From assembly GCA_033763315.1 (NCBI GenBank), contig JANRKS010000005.1:321646-385645 (forward strand): a DNA stretch of 64,000 nt, written 5' to 3'. Origin of the DNA: Deltaproteobacteria bacterium (GTDB taxonomy: Bacteria; Myxococcota_A; Polyangia; Fen-1088). How positions within the stretch are numbered: position 1 is the stretch's first letter; the number at the start of each line of letters is the position of its first letter. Both the position numbers and the translations under genes were made by a program. This document shows positions 55,299 to 64,000 of this stretch, piece after piece. The notes under the pieces are model-generated. The model was given only the letters and a program-made list of their open reading frames with translations, ran no database searches and was not told the DNA's origin.

Positions 55299-56998
55299 TT
55301 CGTTTGTGGCCGGTACAAAAACGCGTCGGTTTGGGTCAGAGAAACCAGCATTTGCTTTAGATTAAAGCCCGCGTCCTTCCACGCTTTGGTCAGCTGCCCG
55401 CGCGAGCACAGATCAGCGTTGGTGTAGTCGCGGCCGTAGAAAAAGCGGAAGTTCTGCGCCAAGTAGCATTGTTGTGCGGCGTTGCTTGCCGCCAACTTCT
55501 TGCCGAACTCAAGTGGGTTCGCAACTTTGCCGTCAAGATCCACAGAGCTTGTGATTTCGCTGTTGGTGTCCACCGGTTTGCCCGCTTCTTCCATCGTGCG
55601 TGGTCTGCCAACGGCATCGTAGCCTTCAAACACCACGCCCACAGGATCGATCAAGTTGTGGCAACCGGAGCAGGAAGGATCCGTGCGGTGCATCGCGAGG
55701 CGTTCCTTTTGCGTGAGGCCCGAGGAAAGCTTATCCAGGTTCAAAGGCACGTTGGCGGGAGGCGCCGGTATGAGCTCGCACATCACATCCGTGCGCACCT
55801 TCACGCCGCGCAAAACGATCGACGTGCGCGTCGGCTTGTCGTGCACAGTCAGAAATCCCGCCTGGGTCAGCACTCCTGAAGCCGTGGCGCTGTTGGTGCG
55901 GGTGAATTCCGTGCCAAACGTGCCGCCTATACCGTAGTGCTTCGCCAGATCGGCGTTGACGTACGTATAGGGCGCGGACATCAGATCGGCAAACGTGCCT
56001 TGGCCTCCCATCATCAGATCGCGTGTGAATGCGGCCACTTCACCATCGAACAGGGTGGCTAAGTTGCCCGGCAGGTTCTTGAAAACCGTGGCATCGCGTG
56101 AAAAGCGATCCAGTTGATCGGTGTCGAGCCACTGACGGAAAAACTCGAGCGACCGCTCCGCCTTGGTGTCGCCGATCATACGTTTGGCCTGTGCAAGCAC
56201 TTCAGCGGCTGTGCCAAGCTTGCCTTGTTTTGCAGCATCAAACAGCGCTGCGTCGGGCATCGATTGCCACAACAGATAGGACAGCCGTGATGCCATCTCA
56301 TAGTGGTCCACCGCTGCGTACGATTTTCCCGCAAGCGCTTTGCCCGCTTCATACCGGAACAAGAAGTAGGGCGACTGCAGCATGGCGTTGACCACCCATT
56401 CAACACCCGCGCTGAAGTCATACTTCGTCATCGCGGCGTTGAACATCGTGGTGAAGCGCGTGACTTCTTCCGTGGTCAGCGGACGCCGGTACGCGCGCGT
56501 GCCAAAATTGCCTATGAATTCCTTCGCGCACGCGGCTTTGTCGCTGGGGTTGGCGCATTTGACGAAGTTTGGGTCGGCCGCGGCGGCGGCGGAGAGCTTG
56601 TCGGCGGCCGTGGAGAATTGTTCCGCTGCCAGGCTTGATACGGGAAGGAACTCGGCGTTGTTGCGAAAGCCAAGCGATTCATTTTCGGGGGTGAAATCGG
56701 CCGTGAAGGTGCGCACCTGCGCGGCCATGCCCAATAAGTCTGAGACGGTGTGGCGATACTCAGCGTTGCTTAGGCGGCGCATGGGGGCGCTGCCCGGATT
56801 GATCTCATCGCAGGCTTTCGAGCCCAACACTTGTTCAGGATCAATCACGGGCTCCGCAATGTCGCCACCCGCATTTGCACCCCCGCCAGAGCCGCTTTGC
56901 CCGCCTTCTGTGTCCGGCGATGCGGAGCCTGCAACGATCGAACCTGTACAGCCGGACGCGGCAACGAATGCCAAGCACGTGGCGACGAAAAACTTCAT
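55295..56998 (-). CDS. DUF1592-family multidomain lipoprotein with CxxCH
   Basis: RRLSNAEY, AYRRPL, LQSPYFLFR, ASRLSY..WQSMPD, CSGCH; GGAGG RBS before ATG 56998. Confidence 0.9.
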   Translation of the reverse strand: MKFFVATCLAFVAASGCTGSIVAGSASPDTEGGQSGSGGGANAGGDIAEPVIDPEQVLGSKACDEINPGSAPMRRLSNAEYRHTVSDLLGMAAQVRTFTADFTPENESLGFRNNAEFLPVSSLAAEQFSTAADKLSAAAAADPNFVKCANPSDKAACAKEFIGNFGTRAYRRPLTTEEVTRFTTMFNAAMTKYDFSAGVEWVVNAMLQSPYFLFRYEAGKALAGKSYAAVDHYEMASRLSYLLWQSMPDAALFDAAKQGKLGTAAEVLAQAKRMIGDTKAERSLEFFRQWLDTDQLDRFSRDATVFKNLPGNLATLFDGEVAAFTRDLMMGGQGTFADLMSAPYTYVNADLAKHYGIGGTFGTEFTRTNSATASGVLTQAGFLTVHDKPTRTSIVLRGVKVRTDVMCELIPAPPANVPLNLDKLSSGLTQKERLAMHRTDPSCSGCHNLIDPVGVVFEGYDAVGRPRTMEEAGKPVDTNSEITSSVDLDGKVANPLEFGKKLAASNAAQQCYLAQNFRFFYGRDYTNADLCSRGQLTKAWKDAGFNLKQMLVSLTQTDAFLYRPQTN

Positions 56999-57174
56999 TC
57001 GTGACCTCCCGGGCGCAAAGCGGCGCCTGGCAACTTTCGCATCCTTCAAACCAACCCGAAGGATCGTGAGTGACTAGATATACCTAAATCATCGACCTAC
57101 GACCACGGCGAATGAACGTCGGGGTGGCAAATTTATCCTACATATGCGTCGTGGGATCACGTGCGACCACAGCC

Positions 57175-58539
57175 TTAGGCGCGGCCGTGCATCAACTTCG
57201 TCAACGGTCGGCTGACCAGCAGCAACAGCACCCCTGCTACGCCGGAGGTGAACACGAAAATCAGGAAAAAATCGGCCTGGCCACCCAGGACCCGGAACAC
57301 CTTGCCGGACGCAACCTGCTCCGTGAATTGCGCCAATAGGCCCGCCAAGAAGTTCGCCAACGCAGACGTCACGAACCAAAATCCCATGACCAACGAAGCA
57401 AACTTCGCCGGCGCTAGTTTGGTGACCATCGAGAGCCCCACGGGTGACACGCACAGCTCGCCCCATGTGATGAGCAGATACGCCAACACAAGGTAAGCCG
57501 GGCTGGCCAAGTGGCCCCCTTCTGAGACGCGGGCACCAGCCACCATGAACAAAAAGCCGAATGCCTGCAGCAGCAAACCCCAGGCCATCTTTGCGGGTGT
57601 GCTGGGTTCAAGGCCGCGGCGGTTCAAAGCCACCCACAGCCATGAAAACAAGCCGCCAAAACTGATGATCACCATCGTGTTGACCGATTGAAACCATTCG
57701 GTGGGAATTTCAAATCCAAAGACCACGCGGTTCGTGCGTTCCAACGCGAAGAAGTTCATCGATGAGCCCGCTTGCTCAAACGCCATCCAAAACACAACAT
57801 TGAACGCGGCCAGCGCGAGGATCGTCAACAGATGGTGCACGTCTTGTTTCGTCAACGGCGCGTTGGCGATCGCCGCTTGTGCGGCATCGTGCGACCGGCG
57901 CGCGGGCGTTTCCCCTAACGAACCCAGGTAGCGCTTTCGGCCGGCCACATACATCACGAGACCACACACCATGCCTACGCCTGCGGCACCAAAGGCCACG
58001 TGGTAACCGAAAGCCGGCGAGCCAGCCAAGGCGCCGCACACCACTTGGCCAATCGTGGCCCCCAAGTTGATGCCCAAATAGAAGATCGTAAAGCCCGCAT
58101 CGCGCCGGCGATCACCTTCGCTGTAAAGGTGGCCCACCAAAGTCGAGATGTTCGACTTGAAGCAGCCGGTGCCAAGCGCGATCAGCACGAGGCCCACAAA
58201 GAATGACGCGCGGCTGGCCAGCGCCAATGAGAAGTGGCCTGCGGTGATCAACACCGAGCCAATCAATATCGAGCGATGAATGCCCCAGAATCTATCGGCG
58301 AGGTATCCGCCCACCACGGGCGTGATGTAAACAGCCGTGGTGTACCACTTATAAACCGCTGTTGCGTCCTCCTTGCTGTAACCAAAGCCGCTGACACCGT
58401 TGATCAAGAAGAGCACCAACATGGCGCGCATGCCGTAGTAGGAAAAGCGTTCCCACATCTCGACGCCAAACAACAAGTAAAGGCCGCGCGGCTGAGACAG
58501 TGTGGAAGGGTCGCTATCCAGTTCGGGGGTGTTTGTCAT
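57175..58539 (-). CDS. POT/PTR family proton-dependent oligopeptide transporter
   Basis: EMWERFSYYGM, GGYLADR, FYLGINLG, ELCVSPVGLS. Confidence 0.95.
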   Translation of the reverse strand: MTNTPELDSDPSTLSQPRGLYLLFGVEMWERFSYYGMRAMLVLFLINGVSGFGYSKEDATAVYKWYTTAVYITPVVGGYLADRFWGIHRSILIGSVLITAGHFSLALASRASFFVGLVLIALGTGCFKSNISTLVGHLYSEGDRRRDAGFTIFYLGINLGATIGQVVCGALAGSPAFGYHVAFGAAGVGMVCGLVMYVAGRKRYLGSLGETPARRSHDAAQAAIANAPLTKQDVHHLLTILALAAFNVVFWMAFEQAGSSMNFFALERTNRVVFGFEIPTEWFQSVNTMVIISFGGLFSWLWVALNRRGLEPSTPAKMAWGLLLQAFGFLFMVAGARVSEGGHLASPAYLVLAYLLITWGELCVSPVGLSMVTKLAPAKFASLVMGFWFVTSALANFLAGLLAQFTEQVASGKVFRVLGGQADFFLIFVFTSGVAGVLLLLVSRPLTKLMHGRA

Positions 58540-59840
58540 GCCAGTGCCGCATCAAGTGCTAACAGATTGCCAAAGCGATCGAACGAGAAAGGGCGTGGAA
58601 GCGAAAGAACGTCGAGGTTTGTGGCGGTGGCCAAGGCGGCGGGTGACGCCTGCATTTGTTCCAGCGCCAAGGTTGATTCGATGCGGGCCACCTTCGCTTG
58701 CATGAGATCCTTCACGCCCAACGTCGTGAATATGGCGGCCAACGCTCGTTCATCGTTGGCAAAGTGAATTGGTAGCTTGGCAGATTGCAACGAGAGCGAC
58801 GTCAGCGAGTTGGTGAACGTGACGGTGTTGTCTATTGCTTCTACAAAGCGTTGAGTTGTAAAGTCGGCCATGCCAATGCCCGACGCGTTGCCGTGCGACG
58901 CGGGTGTCAATTCGCGGACGAAAATGCGGCGAATGATGGGCCCGTTTGCCGGCCGGTGCGTGAGCTCCGAGCTATAGCCGTTGATGCCACGCCCCACGAC
59001 GTTCGGATCCATGCCTGTGCCGCTTATGTCTTTGCCCAAGCGGTCGACGATGAGCAAATCCAATTCAGCAAAGGGCAAGCGTGCCAGCTGGGCGTCCGCC
59101 ATGTGAAGCAGTTCGGGCTCTCGCGTGGCCAAGCTCGCGGCAGGCACGAATTCCACGTGCGTCGTTTCGTGGTGCGCGTTTTCGATCAACGCGAGTCCGC
59201 CTAACACCGGCGCGCTGTTAAGGATGACCTGCAACGACGCGCGAATCACTTGCTCATGCCCTGCCAAGGCGGCCGCCCGGTGGATGGCGCCCGCGCCCGC
59301 TTGCTTGCCGAGGCCGACCACCAACATCTTCGCGAGGCCACTGCCGAGCGCCCCACGAAAGTCCGTGTGGGGCTTTACGCGGTTCACAACGATGATGCCG
59401 TCGCTGTTCAGTGCCGCTTGGCTAAAATAGACGGGACCGAAGCTTGTGTGACCAAGCAAAGCGACATCCATGCTGTCGTCGAGCGCATCGTCGGGTAAAC
59501 ACACGCTCTGGGTGTTGATGCCGTAGGTTGCCAACACGGCCCGTTGCCCCGCGGCCTCGGCGCCGCCATGGCTGCCCATCGCCGGCACCAGGAACGGCCG
59601 TGCCCCTTGTGCGCACAAATGTTTCACCAAGGCACGTATGCATTCACGCAATCCGCTGATGCCCCGGCTGCCCACACCAAGAGCGATGCGCTTGCCTCGC
59701 AGGTCACCCAACGATCCGAACGACGTTGAGCGCAAACGCTCGTGCCACGCCACCGGCGGCGCGTGCCCGAAGCGTTGCCGCACCAACGCCAGCGGCGGCA
59801 TCGAGTGCGCGGGAACCTCTGAGAAAGACACCCCACGCAT
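58536..59840 (-). CDS. Lactate racemase (LarA N-terminal)/DUF362-like protein
   Basis: GSRGI, PAMGSHGG, NRVKPHTDF, GK..GA...H, GKDISGTGMDPNV; start set at MRGVSF. Confidence 0.8.
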   Translation of the reverse strand: MRGVSFSEVPAHSMPPLALVRQRFGHAPPVAWHERLRSTSFGSLGDLRGKRIALGVGSRGISGLRECIRALVKHLCAQGARPFLVPAMGSHGGAEAAGQRAVLATYGINTQSVCLPDDALDDSMDVALLGHTSFGPVYFSQAALNSDGIIVVNRVKPHTDFRGALGSGLAKMLVVGLGKQAGAGAIHRAAALAGHEQVIRASLQVILNSAPVLGGLALIENAHHETTHVEFVPAASLATREPELLHMADAQLARLPFAELDLLIVDRLGKDISGTGMDPNVVGRGINGYSSELTHRPANGPIIRRIFVRELTPASHGNASGIGMADFTTQRFVEAIDNTVTFTNSLTSLSLQSAKLPIHFANDERALAAIFTTLGVKDLMQAKVARIESTLALEQMQASPAALATATNLDVLSLPRPFSFDRFGNLLALDAALA

Positions 59841-59928
59841 ATTGCCACACGCAGGCAAATCCGCGGTTAGGTCAACGGGACGTGCGTTTTGTTTTGACAC
59901 GCATGGTTGCGCGGGAGGACAATGCCGC

Positions 59929-60918
59929 ATGACTCGAAGCGTTGGTGGTGTGTCCGCTGGGTTGTTGCTTTCGTTGATGTTGCCGCTGTCTTTGGCGCAC
60001 GCGGCGTCGGAGGAAGCCGCCGCAGATCCTTTGGAGGGATTGCCGCCGGAACAGGCGGCGGCCGTGAAGAAGGTGATGGCGCTTGATGCCTCGCTAAAAC
60101 GGCAAACAGGCAAGGTGGAGTTGCAAGGTGGCATCGCCACGCTGACTCTGCCCGAAACGTATGTGTATCTGAACCCGGCTGACACCGAAAAGGTACTGGT
60201 GGAATGGGGCAATCCACCTGGCTCGCAGTCGCTCGGGATGCTTTACCCGAAGGAATCGGGGCTGTGGGGCGAACGTTCGTGGGCGGTGATCGTTAGCTTC
60301 AGCGAAGAGGGCTACGTCAAAGATGACGATGCGGAGAGCATCAATTACGACGAGCTGCTGGCAGACATGAAAAAGTCGAACGCGGAATCAAACGAGGAGC
60401 GCGAGAAGAACGGTTACGGTCGTTTGGATCTGGTGGGCTGGGCTGAGCGGCCTCACTACGACAAGGCCAGCCACAAGCTTTACTGGGCCAAAGAATTGGC
60501 AGCGCCGGGCGCGGCCGAACACACGTTGAACTATGCGATCCGCGCGTTGGGCCGCAAAGGTGTGCTTGAGATGAATGCGGTGGCGGGCACGTCGCAACTC
60601 GAAGCGATCAAAACCGAGATGAAAAACGTATTGGGCTTCGTCGAGTTCAAACAAGGCCATCAATACGCGGATTACACGCCCGGCGTAGACAAACTGGCCG
60701 CCTATGGCATCGGCGCCTTGATCGCTGGCAAAGTGGCGCTGAAGGTGGGCCTGTTTAAAGGTCTGCTGGTGGCGTTGCTTGCGGCCAAGAAATTGTTGGT
60801 GGCCGGCGCCGTGGCTTTATTCGCGGCCGTGCGTGCGTTTCTGCGCAAGCGAGGGTCGGCAGCGCCCGCCCCAGTGGCGGTGGCTTCGGCGCCGCCGGTC
60901 ACCGGCCCAGATCAATAA
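59929..60918 (+). CDS. DUF2167 membrane-anchored protein
   Basis: WGNPP, GYVKDDDA, GWAE.P.YD..HKLYWA, LGR.GVL, D.LAAYGIGALIAG. Confidence 0.9.
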   Translation: MTRSVGGVSAGLLLSLMLPLSLAHAASEEAAADPLEGLPPEQAAAVKKVMALDASLKRQTGKVELQGGIATLTLPETYVYLNPADTEKVLVEWGNPPGSQSLGMLYPKESGLWGERSWAVIVSFSEEGYVKDDDAESINYDELLADMKKSNAESNEEREKNGYGRLDLVGWAERPHYDKASHKLYWAKELAAPGAAEHTLNYAIRALGRKGVLEMNAVAGTSQLEAIKTEMKNVLGFVEFKQGHQYADYTPGVDKLAAYGIGALIAGKVALKVGLFKGLLVALLAAKKLLVAGAVALFAAVRAFLRKRGSAAPAPVAVASAPPVTGPDQ

Positions 60919-61528
60919 TCCCGCGTTGCAGGCCAATCGTGACGGCTTCCGTGCGATCGGCCGCGTTGAGCTTCAGCAGAATCGTGTTGATGTGATTCTT
61001 CACGGTGTTCTCCGAGATGCCCAAGTTGATGGCGATCTCGCGGTTTTTTGAACCTCGCGCCACTTCCGCCAGGATCTCCGTTTCGCGCGCGGTGAGTGAA
61101 GCGAAGGGGCTGCGCTGCTCGATCCTTTGCGCGATCTCACCCGTTGGCTTCACATCGCCATCCTTGGCGGTTCGAATGGCCTGCGCCAACTCGTTGCGCC
61201 GCGTTTTCTTCAACAGGTAGCCAGCGGCCCCGGCCTCAAGCGCGCGGTGGATGGCTTCATCGCCATCGTGGCTTGAAAGCATGAGCACTCGAGCTTTGTT
61301 GTCCATCTTGAGCAATGCGGAAAGGACGTCTAAGCCGTCCATGCCGGGCATGCGCAGATCAAGCAGCACCACGTTGGGTTTGAGCTGTTGGTAGGCCACC
61401 AAGGCCTCGGCGCCGCTGGCCGCGGACCCCACGATCTGAATGTCTGCTTCCACCGCAAGTAAGGCTTCAAGGCCTTCGCGAACGATGTCGTGATCATCAA
61501 CCAGAAGGACGGTGGTTTTGTTGGTCAT
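60899..61528 (-). CDS. NarL/LuxR-family response regulator
   Basis: VDDH, LLDLRMP, LTARETEIL..N.EIA..L.ISENTVKNH. Confidence 0.95.
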   Translation of the reverse strand: MTNKTTVLLVDDHDIVREGLEALLAVEADIQIVGSAASGAEALVAYQQLKPNVVLLDLRMPGMDGLDVLSALLKMDNKARVLMLSSHDGDEAIHRALEAGAAGYLLKKTRRNELAQAIRTAKDGDVKPTGEIAQRIEQRSPFASLTARETEILAEVARGSKNREIAINLGISENTVKNHINTILLKLNAADRTEAVTIGLQRGIIDLGR

Positions 61529-64000
61529 CAGTTGCTTGGCGATTGTGCGTTTTTGATCGGCAAAGTGACGGTCACTGTGGTGCCAGTTTCGGGGCCCTGT
61601 GTGGAAGACTGCCAGTCGATGTGTCCCGCCAGAGCCCGCGTGCGCTCCAGCATACCCTGTAAACCGTGCGTTCTGGGGCGACTTTGTTGGGTGTCGAAGC
61701 CGCAGCCATTGTCTTGCAGCGAAACGCGCAGGGTTGTGGCCGTGCCTTCGACCTGCACCAGCAGCTTCTGCGCGTGGCCATGCCGAATCGCGTTGGTGGC
61801 GGCCTCGCGCATAATCTTGACCAGTTCGTCGCGCATGGTGGAAGGCAAATCGGGAATTGTGCCTTGGCTTTTCACCTTGAGGCTTACGGGCGAACCGCGG
61901 ACCATTTCGCCCAAAATGATGGCCAATCGGGCCGGCAAGGGCGCTTGGTTGGGATGTTCTTCACGCAAAGCCCAAATGGACCCCCGCGCCTCGGCCAGCC
62001 CCTGGTCGATCAAGTCGTTGGCGCGTTCAATGTGCACCTCGGCACGTTCGGGATCCTTAAGCTTCGCCGTGGCCGCCTGCAATTGCAGCCCCACGGCGAC
62101 AAACGTTTGATCGAGGGTGTCGTGCAGCTCGCGGGCAATGCGCGTGCGCTCCTCCGTGATGGCCTTGGCTTGGCTGCGTTGTTGTCGCAACCGCATCACC
62201 CACAACCCTGCCACGATCGCAGCCAGTGCCAGCGCCACAGCCAATCGGAACAACCACCAACTGTAAAACGGCGGTACCAACTCGATGCTGGCTGTTCTGA
62301 CAGGGCCCGCGGCATCGGGATCTTGACCGTCGAACCACGCGGCCACCTCGAAGGTGTAGCGGCCGGGAGGCACGTTGGTAAATCCCGCGGTGGCCCGATC
62401 GCCAACGGTGGTCCAAGCGTCATCAAAGCCACGCAGCCGGTAACGAAAGCGCAAACGGTGCTGATACGCAAATGTGGGTGCGGTGTAGCGGAAAAGTAGG
62501 TTGCCGCGCTCGCGAGGGAAGGTCAGCGATGACTCGCCTTGCATGGGCACATTCTCGCCATTGATCACCACTTCTTCGATGATCGCTCCCGCCTCAGGCG
62601 TTTGCACCGCGTGCGGAGGGTCGTGAAACAGCACGATGCCGTTGGTGGTGGGCAGCCACAATTGCCCTTGGGCGTCGCGCATGCCGGTGGCGTTCCATCC
62701 CCACAAACACGTAATGGAAGGCAAGCCATCTTCGCCTCCGAATGCCAGTGAATACACACGCTCACGTTTGCCCGCCCACTTGTCCTGCAGCACTTGTTCT
62801 GACAACCGGAACACACCGTCACGCGACGAAAGCCACAGATAGCCGCCCGTATCTGTAAATACGTGACCCACATGATCGGAAGCCAATCCGTCGGCTTTGG
62901 TGATGTTGTGAAGTTGCCCCTTATCCCACAAGAACAACCCGCTTTCGGTTGAACCGGCCCACAGACGCTCGCCTTGCACGGTGAGATCCGTAAGCTGCGT
63001 CTGCGGCGGCAATGAGATAAAGCGTTCGATCTTCTGACCGTCGAAAACACAAATGCCGTCGCGCTCAGTGCCTAAGGCGATGCGCCCATCGGCCAGTTGC
63101 ACCATCGTTCGGATCTGGCCTTTGCAAGCGCTGCTGCGGAATTGCCAGGTGCCGCCGCGATCCAAAAACGTGAAGCCTTCGTCTTCGTAGGCGATGTAAA
63201 GCCGCCGCTCGCGGGTCAGCAACATCGTGGCCACACCATGTTGATCAACCTTCGGGCCGCGTTCAGCGCGTTCCCAGCGGCCATCGGAAAACCGCAGCAT
63301 TGTCTTCGCCAGCGATCCAATCAAAAGCTCGCCTTTTTCCAGCTCAACGATCGTGCGCCAACTCCACACGTTCATCTCGTGTGGCACTTCGTGCTCTTGC
63401 ACGATCTTTCCGTCAACAAAGCGCCGCACTTTCCCTGCGCCTGTTAACACCCACGTGCCGCCGGCGGCGCTGGGTATGGTGCCAAATGGCAGATCGTATG
63501 GTTCACCAGCGCCGATCACGGTGAACGGCGATGGCGGTGAAAGCTGCAATAGCCCTCCTGGCGAGGTGCCGATCCACAAATTGCCCTCGTGATCTTCGAG
63601 CGCCGTCGAAGGCCCGCTGCCGGGCAAATCACGCTCGCTGAGGAAGCGCTCGAACGTGCCGTTGTTCCATTCGTATAGGCTTGTATCTGCGGCGACCCAA
63701 CGGCCGCCGGCACGGCGGTTGGTGATAAACCGGATGCGGTCCTGAACCTTAAAGGTTTCTTCGAGCACGGGCGTTTGCGCGCCGGGCAACAGCTTCCATA
63801 ACTTTTGGTCACTTGTGCTTATGTATAGGGTGCGGTCGTCGGCGCGGTACATGGAGGTCACGGCGGGCTGAACCCACACTTGGTTTAGACTTTGGCCCTC
63901 GATGCGCCACAGCCCTTCATCGCCGCCGGCCCATACAACGCCTTGGGCATCGGTTTCCAACGCGTGCACGCGGGGAAGCGGCATGGAGACTTTCAATCGG
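61528..64000 (-). CDS. Sensor histidine kinase with beta-propeller/Y_Y_Y domains (HisKA_3); 5' end lies outside the window
   Basis: EDHEGNLWIGT-type repeats, FRYRL.G.D..W Y_Y_Y, ERTRIARELHDTL, NAIRHG, DNGCGF, GL.GM.ER. Confidence 0.92.
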   Translation of the reverse strand, partial: RLKVSMPLPRVHALETDAQGVVWAGGDEGLWRIEGQSLNQVWVQPAVTSMYRADDRTLYISTSDQKLWKLLPGAQTPVLEETFKVQDRIRFITNRRAGGRWVAADTSLYEWNNGTFERFLSERDLPGSGPSTALEDHEGNLWIGTSPGGLLQLSPPSPFTVIGAGEPYDLPFGTIPSAAGGTWVLTGAGKVRRFVDGKIVQEHEVPHEMNVWSWRTIVELEKGELLIGSLAKTMLRFSDGRWERAERGPKVDQHGVATMLLTRERRLYIAYEDEGFTFLDRGGTWQFRSSACKGQIRTMVQLADGRIALGTERDGICVFDGQKIERFISLPPQTQLTDLTVQGERLWAGSTESGLFLWDKGQLHNITKADGLASDHVGHVFTDTGGYLWLSSRDGVFRLSEQVLQDKWAGKRERVYSLAFGGEDGLPSITCLWGWNATGMRDAQGQLWLPTTNGIVLFHDPPHAVQTPEAGAIIEEVVINGENVPMQGESSLTFPRERGNLLFRYTAPTFAYQHRLRFRYRLRGFDDAWTTVGDRATAGFTNVPPGRYTFEVAAWFDGQDPDAAGPVRTASIELVPPFYSWWLFRLAVALALAAIVAGLWVMRLRQQRSQAKAITEERTRIARELHDTLDQTFVAVGLQLQAATAKLKDPERAEVHIERANDLIDQGLAEARGSIWALREEHPNQAPLPARLAIILGEMVRGSPVSLKVKSQGTIPDLPSTMRDELVKIMREAATNAIRHGHAQKLLVQVEGTATTLRVSLQDNGCGFDTQQSRPRTHGLQGMLERTRALAGHIDWQSSTQGPETGTTVTVTLPIKNAQSPSN

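Noticed and set aside
59841-60212. N-terminal extension of the LarA-like ORF (and the reciprocal 59638-59928 extension of DUF2167)
   Set aside because: Mutual antisense overlap; both genes have better internal ATG starts (59840 and 59929)
1-64000. Many 60-400 aa alternative-frame and antisense ORFs in the track
   Set aside because: Typical shadow ORFs of high-GC DNA: Arg/Ala/Pro-rich, no recognisable motifs, and overlapping well-supported genes

Overview
GC-rich bacterial chromosomal window, most likely Myxococcota (inferred from a MYXO-CTERM-like protein, a eukaryote-like Ser/Thr kinase next to a Myxococcales-type sigma factor, TPR/PEGA and EGF lipoproteins, and two DUF1592/DUF1552 pairs). 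I found no rRNA, tRNA, CRISPR array, integrase or transposase. Main content: a DabAB-type inorganic-carbon pump with a divergent LysR regulator; a kinase/sigma/anti-sigma/caspase signalling cluster; an accessory stretch with an AbiEii-type toxin-antitoxin pair; an apparently inactivated GH78; an ECF42/YciI pair; an M3 peptidase; an MbnH-like di-heme enzyme; a POT transporter; and a partial two-component system. The most notable structure is an 8.6-kb integrase-less island (about 25837-34554) bounded by a 90-bp direct repeat of the 3' end of a metallophosphoesterase gene. It carries what looks like a self-contained sigma54 O2/NO-response module. A Cys-rich enhancer-binding protein sits between two sigma54 promoters: one precedes a PTOX/AOX-like di-iron oxidase and a serine hydrolase, the other precedes two His-conserving membrane paralogs, a group III truncated hemoglobin and a hemerythrin-domain protein. 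All family calls come from motif recognition by eye, not from database searches.
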